Position numbers and translations under genes: made by a program | The notes under the pieces: generated by a model | Database searches by the model: none | Seen by the model: only the letters and a program-made list of their open reading frames with translations | Told to the model about the DNA's origin: nothing | Assembly: GCA_043228905.1 (NCBI GenBank) | Contig: JBHGNT010000013.1 | Span: forward strand, 11,098,001 to 11,162,000 | Direction of reading: 5' to 3' | Length of the DNA: 64,000 nt | DNA from: Azolla caroliniana | Lineage: Eukaryota; Plantae; Polypodiophyta | In this document: one piece after another, positions 37,252 through 50,281 of the stretch | Numbering within the stretch: position 1 is the stretch's first letter | Layout: each line of letters begins with the position of its first letter

Positions 37252-39353
37252 ATGAGGGGATCGGAGCTAGCAGAGGCAATGGCGGTGGCCGTCGACCAGT
37301 TGGTGAGCGCTCGTGAGGGGACGGGTACCCTCGACAAAGCCATTGAATCAATCGTCGGCTGTATAGGCCGTTTCGGAGGGAAAGACGCCACAAGTTATTT
37401 GGAGGCTTACCGGGCCGAAATGATCATGAGGGATATCCCGGTGGACAGGCGGTTGTCCGGATTCCCTCGGGTGGTGACGCCAGGCTTGGGAGGAGTTCGA
37501 GCTGTAGCTCCTCAAGAAGTATGGGTTTGACGACTCACTTCGGCTGTTGAGGCGGGACTTCATGGTGTGGGTGGAAAGCCCCGGAAAGGGGAGGAACACG
37601 TCGATGCTCCTCCAGGAGTTCGAAAAACGGTTCGCGCGGCTGTCGACACTGGACCATACGGTGCTCGAAACAAGTTGAGTACTACTGTTTGTCAAGTCGG
37701 TGGACGCGCTCGACAGGGAAAAGGTGGGTCCCCTATTGGAAACGGACGAAGGGCTCATGGCAGACTGGGCCGTAGTAAAATGGGTCTGCAGCCGTTTCGA
37801 CAAACGGCGCGATTAGAGTGACGGAAGCTCGTCGGGGTCGGGGCCGGTCCCGGGGAGGAGGCTCGAGGAGCCGGTATCGGTGCCAGCCGACAAGAAGGAA
37901 GAGACCTGAATCTAGCCAGAGTCGGGGTCGGCATTGAACGACGTGGTCAGAGGCCCATCCGAAGGAGCGACTCTGGAGGAGCTGACACAGATGGTGCGCG
38001 ACCTGCAGATCGCACAGGCCCGAAGAGACAGCGGCGAACAACCTCGCAACTGGAGGCCGCCGGCTGGGCAGCCGTGCATGTGGTGTGACGCGATCGGTCA
38101 CATTGGGAAGGATTGCGCGGATTTCGCCGACGCGCTCAGGACCAACGTGGTGTACCTCTGGAACGGGCGGGTGCACGCAACACGCGAGCGAGACCTGGAG
38201 AGCCCTAGAACTGAATACGGGGCGTGGCGGAATGAAGAGGTTGATGGAAGAGGCCGCAACACGACACGTCGAAGCCGTTAACTACTCAGTGTCGGCGGGA
38301 ATTCGGGTCGGGGGTGATGAGACCCGGAAGGCGAAGGACTCTGGATTCTGGCCGCTAGTGCTAGAAGGCCTCTCCGGAGTTCGGCTGAAGAAGGGAGAGG
38401 CGGATCGCGCGCAACAGCGGGTCCAAGAGGTCACCAGGTGGGACGATCCGATCGAAGAGAAAACGGGCTTCGTAGAAGCCGCTTGCCAGAACTACGAGGT
38501 TCTGGTGGAGGACAAACAGGCAGGAAAGGACGGAGGGGTTGGCCCCCTGCAGAGGTATGAAACCCGGTTCGGACCGAAACCGACCGGTGCCGACAACCCA
38601 GGCGCACCGGACGGAAAGAAGCAGGCGGGGTTTCGGTTGAGCACCGAGATCGAAAGGACCACAAACCTGCAAAAGGTGCTGGAGGAACGTATCCTCAACA
38701 ACAAAGTGGAGCTGTCATTGCGGGAGGTGCTGGGAATTGCCAAGAGGGAGTTCCACGACTCTATCGTAGACTTGGTGAAGCGGAAGAGGCTCTCGACGGA
38801 GCCGGAACCGGAGAAGCCGGTGGAGTTGCGGACCACGCACCTGGAAGACGAAGCCCTAGAAGACGAGCTAGCGGGAAGCCACTATACGAAGCCTCATTGG
38901 GTTAGGGCAACTAAGGAAACCCCTGTACGGATCGACAACGTTCCGGAACCGGTAGTGGCGTTGGTAGACCATGGGTCCGAAATCAACCTGATGTCCATGG
39001 ATTTCTACAAGAAGGGTAAATGGCCGATCAACACCAAGCACGACTGGAAGATACGGGCAGCGACGCGCGCCACGAAAGAACTACATGGGGCCTGTCCGAA
39101 TGTACGGGTGAAGATCGATGATGTCGAAATCGACCAGCACTTCTTCGTGCAGGAGACGTCCTCGCATCCGGTTATACTAGGAGAGCCGTATATCACGGTG
39201 GCACGGATGGAGACCAAGGTGCTGGACAACGGTTCAGCCTATGCAAGAGTCAAGAGCCAGGACGGGCGTCACTTGGTCCAGTTCCTAACGGTGCGACCAA
39301 ACCACAAGCGTAACTGCGAGGCCCTCGGCGGCAAAACCCGAGGGGATTTTTAG
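37252..39353 (+). pseudogene. G4 gag-protease ORF (broken)
   Basis: RFGGKDATSYL capsid start; CMWCDAIGHIGKDC knuckle; protease ALVDHGSEINLM...ILGEPY. Confidence 0.8.
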
Positions 39354-42300
39354 AGAGGGCTATCAAGGCGTGGGGCCGCAATAGTCCGGGCACCCGGAAA
39401 GAACCCCACAAATGTACAGTACGGAAGAAGACCTGTACCATAGGTAGGGAATTTTGGTTCTCTGACAATGGAGGTTGTACTATAACCGGCATTAGCAGCC
39501 GAGAGAGGAAGCGAGTGGAGGAGCGGCTCAGGGGATGCAGAGTCCTCTTCCCCGACGAAGACATCAGCGGCGCCGTTGAGGCGGTCTCTTTTGACGATAC
39601 CTTGGGCGAACTACGAAAGGTGATCGGTGAAGACCTTAGAGACGACCGGATCATTCCGGTAGGATCGATGGGAATGTACGAAGTCATCACGGGTTTCGGG
39701 GAAAGGATCGGGTCGGATCGGACGGCCCGTGTGGATACAAAGTACAAGACTGTGGACCGGAAGGTGAGGCTAGTCGCGGCACCCTTGCCAGAGGGCAGCG
39801 AGGAGCGGATAAAAGGGGTCGTGTCGGACCCAAGTTTACGGAATCCAACTGGCATAGGGCACCGGTTCACCGACATAATGCTACGGGAGCTCAAGGTCGG
39901 TGGGGGCTGCTTTCTACTACAGGCGGAGGAGGACTGGTTTTGGAGAATGCTCGGGAGGCACGGGAAGCCTTTCGCATTCTCACCGGAGGAGATCGGGTGC
40001 ATAGACCCGAGAGTTGTCGAACCGATGGTGATCTTCACAGTATCGCATGTACCGTGGAATCTCAAGCCGATTCTGGTGCTGAGAGCTCACATCCCGAAGT
40101 TGATGGAGCTCCTGAAGCAAAAGGTGGAGATGGGCATCCTCGAACCGTTGAGTGCCCCGTATTCGAATCGGTGGTTACTGTGCCAAAGAAGAACGACACG
40201 CTGCGCTTCATTCAGGAACTGCAACCGGTAAACAAGGTGACCATCCGTAATGCAGGAATCGGACCGACCATAGACGAGTTCGCAGAGGCCTTCGCTGGAA
40301 GGTCGATCTATTCTGTCGATGATCTGTACTTGTGGTATGATCAATTCCAACTAGCCGTGGAGAGCAGAGACATTATGACGATGCGGACTCCTCTCGGCCT
40401 AGTGCGGATGTGTACCCTGCCACAAGGAGGGACGAACTCAATGGCTCACATGGTGAACGCGATGAACAAAGTGCTCATGGATTGTATCCCGGACATCACC
40501 ATGCCATTCTTAGAAGACATCCCGATCAGGGGATGCCCGGTGGAGGAAAAGGACGAGGCAATCGGGCCGGACGGATGTCCGAATTTCGTGGCGTCCCACA
40601 TCGGTGACTGCGAGAAGGTGCTGCAGAGACTAGAAGGCGCGAGGCTCACCTTCTCCGGGGAAAAGTCGGCCTTCGGGCAATCAGAGATCATGGTCATCAG
40701 GCACCTATGCGGACCATACAGTCGGAAACCGTCTCCTGCCAAGATGGAAGCCATCTCCATGATGAAGCATTACTGCAATTTGGTCATGGAGGTCTGCAGA
40801 TTCTTGGGAGCATGCGCGTTCTACCACATCTGGATCCCGCACTACGCACATGTCGCGGAACCCCTCTATGGACTATTGAAAAAGGGGCGTAGCTTTGAAT
40901 GGAAGATAGAGCACACGGAGTCGGTACGAAGACTACAGGAGGCGCTTACGGTAGCGCCGGCTCTCCGTAAAGCGGTTTATGGCAAGGATGTTCCCATCTG
41001 CGTGACGGTGGACACCAGCCCGACCGAGATCAGGTGGGTAATCAGTCAGGAGGACAAGGATGACGTGCGATTCCCGATCTGGTTCGGGGCGAAGGTATTG
41101 AGTGAGCGGCAACGAGGATACGCCCAAGTTAAGCGCGAGCTTTGGGGTGTCGTTTCGGCAGTCAAGGCCGACAAGGATTATCTGATCGGGACGGATGTGA
41201 TCATCGAGACGGACTGCTTGCTGATACTCGGCATGGTTTCCAGATGTGCGACGCCAAACCTAGCAATGCTCCGGTGGATAGCGTACATTAAGTCCCTGAA
41301 CCCGGAGATATGGCACATCTCCGGAAAGGACAACGCCATGGCCGACATGCTTTCGAGAGCAAGGTTCAACGACGAAGACGACATGGTTTCGGACGACAAA
41401 GAAGTTGGCGAGGACTTCTTCGGGTCGGCTAACGTAACGACGAACACTCCGGCGCTTAACGAATTTGACGAAAGTAGGTACGACGGGGAGTGGCTCCAAA
41501 TCGGGAGGTTCCTACAGACTATGACGGCGGACGCAGTATTGGCGAGAGAGGAGGCGAGCCGGGTACGGAAGAAGGCATACCGATTCCTCCTGCAGGACGG
41601 GTGCATATGGAGGCACCCAAAGAAGAGAAGCGACATCCCACTCCAAGTAGTGGCAAAGAAAGAAGAACAAGGGAAACTACTGGTGGCATTTCACGAGAGC
41701 CCCTGGGCCAGACACCGGGGGACATGGACCACGTTCGAGAAGCTGAAAGAGAAGTACTGGTGGCCGGGGTTGTACCAGGACGTGCATCAGTTCGTAACGA
41801 CTTGCGAAAGCTGTCAGATGCACTCCATAGTCTGACACCAGGACGAGCTACACCCGACCTACCCGCCTACTGTCCATTTCAAGTGGATGGTGGACTTGGT
41901 GACGATGCCGATGGGGGTAGGACAGATGTGATACTTGGTGCTTGCACGGGAAGACTTAATGAACCAGGTGGAAGGCCGTGCACTGCAAAGCAAGACAACC
42001 GCGGTGGTATGCCGGTTCCTGATCGAAGAAGTAGTGTGTCAGTACGGGTGCGTCGGGAAGATCGTGGCGGACTGGGGAGAGCTGGATGGGTGGGAGGCTG
42101 AGGAGTTGTTCGACCGGCTAGGCGTCAAACTCTCCCTCACTACGATGTATAATCCGGAGGCAAACGAAAAGGTGGAACGTGGGCATGGGCCGATCGTAAA
42201 GGCATTGGTGCGTGCATGCGGAGGGCAAGTTGAGAATTGACCGCGGCTCCTTCCTTACGCACTATGGGCAGACCGAACTACGCATAGTTCAGTGACAGGG

Positions 42301-42825
42301 TTTATGAAGGCAGAGCTGATGTACGAACAGAAGCCGATCATGCCGGTGGAACGGAAGTTTCTTCATGGGCGGCGGTAGATTGGAAGGACGAAATGAGCTG
42401 GGAGTAGTTGCTGGCGGCGCGGATTCGGCATCTCGAGCGGAGGCCGGAGGACATGATACAGGCGAAGGAAAAGCTGCGAGCGGCAAGGGAGAGGAACAAG
42501 ACCCGGTTCAACCGGGCGCACCGGTTGCGACCAAAGAAGATCGAGGAAGGCGACTGGGTCTTGGTATACGACAGCAGCCTCGACAATCAGCACAAAGCGG
42601 TGCGAAAGTTTGCTAGGAGATGGTTCGGGCCCTACACGGTGACGAGTGCGAACGACAACGGCACGTACCACCTCGCAAAATTCGACGGTACACGGTTAGC
42701 GGTGCCGGTGGCCGGGTAGCGGATCAAAGAGTTCAAGAAGCGGTTCGAAGACGAGCCTGAGTTGGCGAGCAAGAGTAACGAAGACGATAAGTTCGGGTTC
42801 GGCGGAGAATCAAAGAACGACGAGT
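39344..42825 (+). pseudogene. G4 RT-RNase H-integrase (broken)
   Basis: ORFs 39515-40231, 39940-41835 (LPQGGTNS, PFLEDI, YAQVKRELWGV, TCESCQ), 41935-42240 (YNPEANEKVE), 42408-42719 (WFGPY). Confidence 0.88.
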
Positions 42826-43499
42826 GAAGCTGGTTTTCTTCAGTGTCTACCCGTCTCTGGCGCATGCCGGTGGATGCGCGGTTTGGTGGGGGTGGATGTC
42901 GTGAAGAAAACCGGCCATAGGCGGAATCGAAGAAAAAGGTGCATGAACCGGCTCTTACACGGGTGGACGCGAGGATTGATATATTGTACATAATTCGTAG
43001 TTAGGGCGACTGGTGTAAATACTAGGTAGTGCACATTTATTAGGGGATTTTGTGCGTATCTCTGTCGACGGGACAGGGAATAAAGTAGTTTGGCTGAGGA
43101 AAAGGGGCACCCCTTTTTGGGGGAACTATTTAAGGAGAGAGGAGGACGAGGGAACAGGTATCGCGCACTAGGCAGGATGAAGTGCTGCTGCAGATTTGAG
43201 TGCCGAGCTCTCTCTTCTCCTCCGGCCGTCGGTCTCTGTGGGTCGGGAGCTCGCTGCCTCTGCTTCGTGGACAACCCGTGCGCTTCCAGTAGAGGCTCTC
43301 CCCCCCCCTTTTTTTTGTTTGTTTCTGGGAGTTGAGCGAGTGCTATCTGTGTGTGTGAGTAGGATCCCCGTGTCAGGTCCATCACTGCCTTGTCGGTTGT
43401 AACCGTCAAAGTTGTATTCTCTTGTCGTTGTAATCTCTTGTTATTGAAATCAAGTGTTACATTCTATATCTCTCTTCTCGCTTCGCGTACATCTACAAA

Positions 43500-43563
<64 letters not shown>

Positions 43564-44118
43564 TCTCTCTCGCTCCTCGGTTCAAGACCCCCGTGGTCCC
43601 GCCCCTTCTACACGCACGCGCATAACAACGCAACAACGTGTCACAAATTTCCTTTGCCGGACCGACATGTCTCTTTACCGGATGTTGTTCAGCTCTTGCT
43701 GGTGCTGCAACTTACGGGTTGTGGTACTTGCGGCGATAATCTTCCTCAGATTTCCCCAAGCCTCCTTCAGTGTTTTTGCATCCTTTATGTAGCCGAGCAT
43801 CTGGTCGTGCACACAGGATGCGAGGCAGTACAATACCTAGCTCGCTCCTTGCTCCCATACCGGGAAGTCCTCATGTGCCAGCTCTGACGCTACCTCGTTC
43901 ATTCGTTCCACGAAGCTCCAATATCCATGCCTTAGTAGGTACTGGTGCATCTTGTATGACCAGGACGTGTAGTTGCTCCAGTCGAGCTTCTCTGTTGGAA
44001 GTGAACTTGCCATTCCTCTATCCATATCTTCTGTCTGTCTCTTTTACCGGGTTCTAGGGTTCGTCTACAAAAGCAAGTGTCGGCTACAGAGGTTCTCAAC
44101 TCTCGCGCTCTGATACCA

Positions 44119-44509
44119 TGTGAAAGTTAACGTGCGGAAACGCTAGACAGAACCGGCTCAACTGAATAGCAACAGAGAATAAGATGAAGGTTTAATGGAG
44201 AAGCTTAATACACAGAGAGTATACATGGGAGAGACATAGAGAGTAGAACATAAACGTAGATTCAAAAATAATGAAACCACTCTGTGAACTCTGTGCATAC
44301 AACGTGCTAAACATCACTATTTGTACAAGTCCTCAAAAGGACTGACGGAAGTACTATGTACTTCAATGCTCATACGAGAGACTGACACTAACTAAGAGAC
44401 AATGATTGCCTAGTAGTCTAGGCTACTACTAGGCTTCCGGTTCACACTCGAATCCAGCACTTCGATCCGTCCCCCCGATCCGGATCCGGTTGAGCTTGCT
44501 CGCTCAACA
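44119..44509 (-). repeat. C1 5' LTR
   Basis: TG...CA; adjacent iMet PBS; similar to 57303-57688 and, inverted, to 56987-57302. Confidence 0.85.
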
Positions 44510-46808
44510 ATGGTTGCTTGACTGGAGATCTATTTGGATTAGGCAAGTAGGGTTGGACATCAGCCACTTTCCCAAGATCTCAAAGTGCATAGGCATCTTG
44601 TATCATCAAAGACCAATCAACTCCTTTCCAAAAGTGTGTGTGGTACTTAGTTTAAACATTCGAAGAATATCATCTAACTTAAAATATTCTAGGGGCCGAG
44701 TCATGTTATATTTGAGGACACTCATTCCCCCCATGTCGTTTGGCATTGCCTTTGACATCGTCTGGCAACCATAGTGGTCAACATGTGTTTTTACGTATGC
44801 ACTAGCGATGCCATGATCACGAAGATCACTTGCCCAATGTTTCTTTAACTCTTTAATAGTCGACGATAAAGGGTGATTGGTTGCCCCACTATATGCCGCC
44901 AATACTACCTCCCTCCACTGTATGATGTAAACAACTATCGAACCATCATGGTTGGCTCATTAATCGCAAAACTATTTGGATGTATAATGGAATCAAAGAT
45001 AAGTGTATGGGCTGAAAAAAGTGGTAAGAGAGCTTATGGACAAGCTGGCTTTCGGAAACACCATAGCACCATTGATCACCTTATTGCCCTTCCAGTATTA
45101 ATGGAGGAAAGTCGCCTTAGAGGTGAAGGTTTATATTGTTGCTTTGTAGACTTCAAGAAAGCTTTTGATATGGTACCTCGTGAGCATCTTTGGAGGCGAA
45201 TGGAAGAACTTGAGGTGCCAAGTGAATATATGCTTGCAATTTCTCGAATTTATGAGGTGCGCATGAGAGATAAACTTTCAGATTTTTTTCAAAAGCACTA
45301 TTGGTGTTAAGCAAGGATGCCCACTCTCACCAACACTATTTGGTCTATGCATTGATGAATTGGAAGAAATGGTTACCAAGTTTGCAAAAGAAGAATGTGT
45401 TGAAGAAGTTGCCATTGGGAATGTTGTGATTATGCTTTTGCTATATGCAGATGATGTAGTGCTTTTTGCAAATACTTTAGGAGATGCACAAAAGCTTATG
45501 AAGGCATTGGAAAAAATTTGCATGCATACTAAATTAAGTGTCAATAGCTCTAAAACAAAGATTATGCTTGTGAAGAGCCAAAAAAGAGATAAACCATGCA
45601 TTATGTACAACAATGAGCCTCTTGAATGTGTGGAAAGCTTCAAATATCTTGGCCTTGAAGTTCCTTCAAATCATAGATGGAATGAATGTGCTACACGCCG
45701 CTTAGAGGCGGGCAAGCGAGCATACTATGCATTTGAGAACACATGCAATCTTGGAGATATTAAGTGTTGGGTCCTCAAGAAATATCTTTTCGACACTTTG
45801 GTGACACCGATTCTTCTCTATGGGGTGGAAGTATGGGGCGGTAGCATCCCTAAATCTATATGGAAAGAGTTTGAAAATGTCCAAAAGCATTTTCTTACCA
45901 AGTTTCTACAAGTTAAGAAACAAACGCCCTACACCCTCATCCTCCTTGAGACGGGATTGCTTCCCATTGAGATCATGGCCATGGAAAGGGTTGTTGAATA
46001 CATCCTTAAGGTTCAAAAAAGTCCCTCACATCGACTTCCTAGAATTGCGTGGGAAGCAAGCAAAAATATCCAAAAGATGCATAAAAGCAAAATTTTGTGT
46101 TCCGGTTGGATGCAAGATATAGAAAAATGGTTTGGTAGATGGGATGCTACACACTTGCTTCATGATGCATCATTAGATTCCTCTGTAAATGAGGCATTTT
46201 TGCAACGCCAATGTATCATGACATGGGAGAAATGTGGAGGCTCACGCTTCACACATTATACTACACATGTTGCACCTAACTACAAAACCATATTCTTTGC
46301 GGAATGGGGAAATCGTACACATCCATACATGTTAGAGCCCATACCGTTATCTGCCATTCGAACCATTGCTTCCATGCGACTTAGCTCACATGCATTACGA
46401 TGTGAAACAGGGCGTTGGGGTACAAGTGATGAGAGTGGTCGGTGTTGTCTGTCTGGCCGGACTAGCTTCAACACAGGTGTCTATCCGACACTTCTCCAAA
46501 GGGGTGGTAAGGATTGGATGCTAGGTTACACGCATCAGATAATTACAATAAGCACGGACGGCAAACAATACGAGATACAGATAAATACACGACAATTACT
46601 ATTGTATTACTTCCGTCGAAACACTTTACAAATCATCGGATCCTTTTATAGGCATCCGGCAAGGTTACAATTGGTGCGCTTAGGCAACCGACATCCGAAT
46701 CGGTTCCAACTGTACCGAATCCGTCCCTCCGAATAATAATTCTACTATTACTTCCTATTATCCGATCCGCCTTCCCACTTGTCCTTGCTCTTCTGACCGG
46801 CCAACACA

Positions 46809-46824
46809 TGGCACGCCCGTGGGA
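46809..46824 (+). promoter_or_regulatory. Inverted tRNA-type primer-binding motif at the PPT position of G3
   Basis: TGGCACGCCCGTGGGA 2 nt from the 3' LTR; identical to G2. Confidence 0.7.
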
Positions 46825-46856
46825 AAGTGCCTTGCACTTCGAATCCACACCCGACC

Positions 46857-49799
46857 TCAGTCTTCCTCCAAAATATCGAGCACACTTTGCTCGATAGTGT
46901 CAAGTGGTGCTTCTTCCTCCTGTTCCTGTTCCTTGCCTACCTGGTCTCCGACCTCCTGTTGGGTAGGCTGTTCCGTAAAAATTTTCTGCTCCGGCTCTGC
47001 TTGATTCCGTGGTGCCGGTGCTTCCTCACCGTTTCGTCCGGGTTCTTCCTGTTCTCCCTCCGTTCCTGGCTCTGTTCTGTTACCGGTGTCGTTTTCTCCG
47101 GTCTCGACTGGTCGACTTGATATGCCTCCTTCCTCTGCTCTGGTGTCTTCCGGTCTCAGCTCTTCTTCTTCTCCGGCATCGGTCCGCTCCTGCTCTTCTT
47201 CTTCTCCGGCATCGGTCCACTCCTGCTCTTCTTCGAGTTCGTCTTCAGGTATTCCTTGTCGGGGTTGTTCGGTGTCGGTTGGTTCATCTTCATCCGGTCG
47301 TGTTCCCTCACCAATAGTGGTTGGCGTCGTTCTTCCCTTAGCTTCCTGTCGTACCCGGTCCTGCTCGTATCTCTCCAACTCCAACTGAGTTGCGAGCTGC
47401 CCGTCATCCAACCTCTCTACCAACCCTCGGATTTCTTTGAGGTGTTCTTCTGCTAAAGTGTAGAAATCCTCCGACAATTCCTCCCGAATGGCGACGATAC
47501 TTTCTTCATCCATCTTGTAGAACCTGTCGCCGGTCTTCTTCCGATTCTCGGCATCCGCTCGGAGTGTCTGCAGCTCGGCTGCCTGTTGTGACCACTCCTT
47601 CCATAGCTTTTCCGTACTTTCGTTGATACTTGCCTGAGCTCGGGTACTCCATCCTGACATGATGAGCTTGATCCGGTCAACTCCTGCCTTAGCATGCGCA
47701 TAAGCTTCCTGCTTTTCCTTCCTTGCCCGTTTTATAATGTCGGCCATTATCTGAGCCTGGGCCTCGTAATCTGCTTTCTGCTTTTCATAGGTACTCTGCA
47801 GTTTGCTGATCGTGAAGGTCGATTTTTCCTTTTCTTCATTCCTGATCTTGGTCAGGTCTAGCTTTTCCCGCCTTAGCGCCTCTAATTCCTTCCTTCTCTC
47901 CGTTGCTTGGGCTATTTCTGCCGACAATGCTTCCTTGTTGGCACTGACCTCATCCATCGCCTTAGCCAGGTCTAATCAGGTCTCTTTGAGCTGCTCTTTC
48001 AGCTTCTCTATTTGCCGGTCGTAGTCTGCTGCTCGTTTTTTGTTGTCCGACTTGGCCTGCTTGTGATCTCTGTAGAGACGGTCGAAGTCCTCCGTCTTCT
48101 GCTTCAGGCGTCGGGTTGCCTGAGCTCTTAACCGATCGTCCCGGTCCTTCTGTTGTCGGAGTTCTTCCTGTAGTCGTTCTATCTCTTGTTCGGCATGTCG
48201 ACGTAGTCGGTCCTTCTCCTTCTACAGCTTCTCTTTTTCTTCTTGCAGTCGGTCATTAGCGGCTCGACCTTTCCGGAGGCCTTCTTCCATTTTTCGTCTG
48301 TCATCCTCCACCGCTTTCCGCTGCTCCCTTTCTCTTTCCCTTAATGCCTCCTGAGCTTGTAACTCCTCTCGTAAGGTTTCTATTATTTTTTCGGTCTCAG
48401 GGCCGGTTTGCAAGGCTACCGGTTCCGGTTCCGGTTCTGGTTCTGGTTGCTTCCTTGTTGTCCCGACCGGCTCGGTGACAGCTTGTGCTTGTTGGATTCC
48501 TTCCCTTGCCTACAACAGCTCCCCTTGCATTTCCTCGATCTGTGTTCGGAGCGCGACCAACTCCTGCGTTGTTGTATGCGTCAGCTGTTGCCGACACGTT
48601 TCTTCTTTCTCTAACTGGTCCGCTACTCCCGATAACTGCTCCGAAAGCCATCTCAGCCATTGTGGCTTTGTTCTTCCGATTTCGGGGTGGCCTTGCTCAC
48701 TTAAACCAGGCTGATTTTCCGGCCTCTTCTCTGGCTCTGGCTCCGGCGCTCGTTCCTTCTTCTTCTCTGGGATGACCGGTTTTCTGAAGTCCGGCCCAAC
48801 CGGTGTCGGTGCTGCTTCCCTGGGTACAGGTTCCGGTGCTATTTCCGCCTCGGCTACTGGAGATGGTCCTTGCGCCCTCTGCTGAGTTCTGTCCACTGGT
48901 GGAGCCGGTCCTTTCGCCCGTTTCTCCCGACCTTGTCTTGCTGGGAGTCTTACCAGGGGTTCGGATGAGTCTTCTGTTTCAGTTTCCTCCTCCGGTGCGG
49001 GTACCAGACGGACCTTTTGTCTAGAGACCTCTGGTTCCGGTTCCGGCCGTCGCAGCGTTATATGGATTGGTTTGCGCGCTACCGGTTCCTCCTCAGCCGC
49101 TTTCCCTTTGCCTTTACCTGCCGGTTTTGCCTTTGTGGCCGGTTCCTGTTGCTGTCGGGATGGTCATTCCCCCTGCTGTTCTGCTTCTTGCGGGGTCCAT
49201 CCGGGGGTGTGTTTCTCCAAGATCTGTCGGCGCTTTGTGACCTGTTTTGGCGTCGTCTCCTGCCGACCTCTTTTCTTTTGTGTGATGGGGAGTACCGGTG
49301 GGACTAACACCGTTAGCCATTGTGCTATCCCGGCCCATGGCGTTTTTCCTTCCACCAGATTTTTGATGGCCTCCTTCAATCCTTCGGTTATGAAATGGAG
49401 CCAGTCTATTTGTAAGCCCTCGTACGCTGCTATCAAGAATGTTGCCCGATACTTGGCTGTGGCTGGGGGACGGGGATTCACGAATCCGTATTCCATCATA
49501 GCGCGGGCCACTTCTCCGAACAGCAGGTTCTCTCCGCCCTGCGTTCGGTACGCCTTGCTACTGATAGAGTATTCCCCGAAATATTCGAACAGGATTTCAC
49601 TGGAAGGGTTTTCGATTGTTTGCAGTCCTCCCGCTTTGATCCCCGTGAGTGCCTGCACCGCTCCTTCCGTGACTTCTGATATATCGATCGATGCTGCCGC
49701 CTGCTCTGGTTCTGCGTGTGGTGGAGCGTCGGCGATCCGCAACAAGCCTTTTAACCCGTTTTCCCTCATCCATTGGCGTGCCTCTTCTGACAGTACCAT
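46857..49799 (-). pseudogene. G3 ORF3 (PMD-like plus coiled coil) with several stops
   Basis: ORFs 49164-50063, 48510-48896, 48222-48413, 46857-47957 homologous to G2 ORF3. Confidence 0.8.
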
Positions 49800-50281
49800 T
49801 GCTTCGAATTCTTTGTCTGCTGCCTGGTGTTCGGGATCGCGCTGTGTGTGCTCTGTGCGTCGGGTCGCTCTTCTGTGCTTCTTCGCCTGTATGTAGGAAA
49901 ATTCGTAAAACGTGAGCCCTTCGCAAGCCTGTGTCTTATATAGTGGGTTGTGCCTCGAGCCGTCCTTTTTCGTTTCCCGCGCATGTTCCTCTCCCGCCAT
50001 AATTAGTATGTCCTTTCTTGTTTGCCGCGTGTGAGTGCCCACGTTCTCTGCTTTAAATAGCAAGTGCGCACACGTTCTTCTTTAATGCATGGCGCCTCTT
50101 CGTTGCATGGTGGCGTTCCCACCTCTTGTGATCTCCCCATCATTACGATGATTCACGTCGATTCTGCCCACATCATTTTTTATTTTATTTTATTTTATTT
50201 TTTATTTTTATCTTTTATTTTTATTTTTATTTTCATTTTTATTTATTTTTTTATTTTTTTATTTTTTTTGCTTGGACCACG

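Larger units (their letters stand above)
36541..43635 (+). mobile_element. Gypsy G4, full length but decayed, tRNA-Trp-type PBS
   Basis: LTRs 36541-37206 and 42897-43635; PBS 37211-37227; PPT-like GGTGGGGGTGGA before 42897; host gag continuous across it although the TSD is degraded. Confidence 0.92.
19464..44509 (-). mobile_element. Old copia C1 acting as host; pieces 19464-20640, 26027-26852, 36332-36540, 43636-44509
   Basis: Pieces are collinear with copia C2 (57.3-62.0 kb); gag start near 44025; PBS TGGTATCAGAGC 44107-44118; 5' LTR 44119-44509. Confidence 0.88.

Noticed and set aside
43390-43887. ORFs with SLSLSL/ERERER runs
   Set aside because: Translations of (CT)n microsatellites inside LTRs
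45360-46736. 458-aa ORF as a complete gene
   Set aside because: LINE RT reading into the G3 LTR after 46442; the true C-terminus is at 56638-56867
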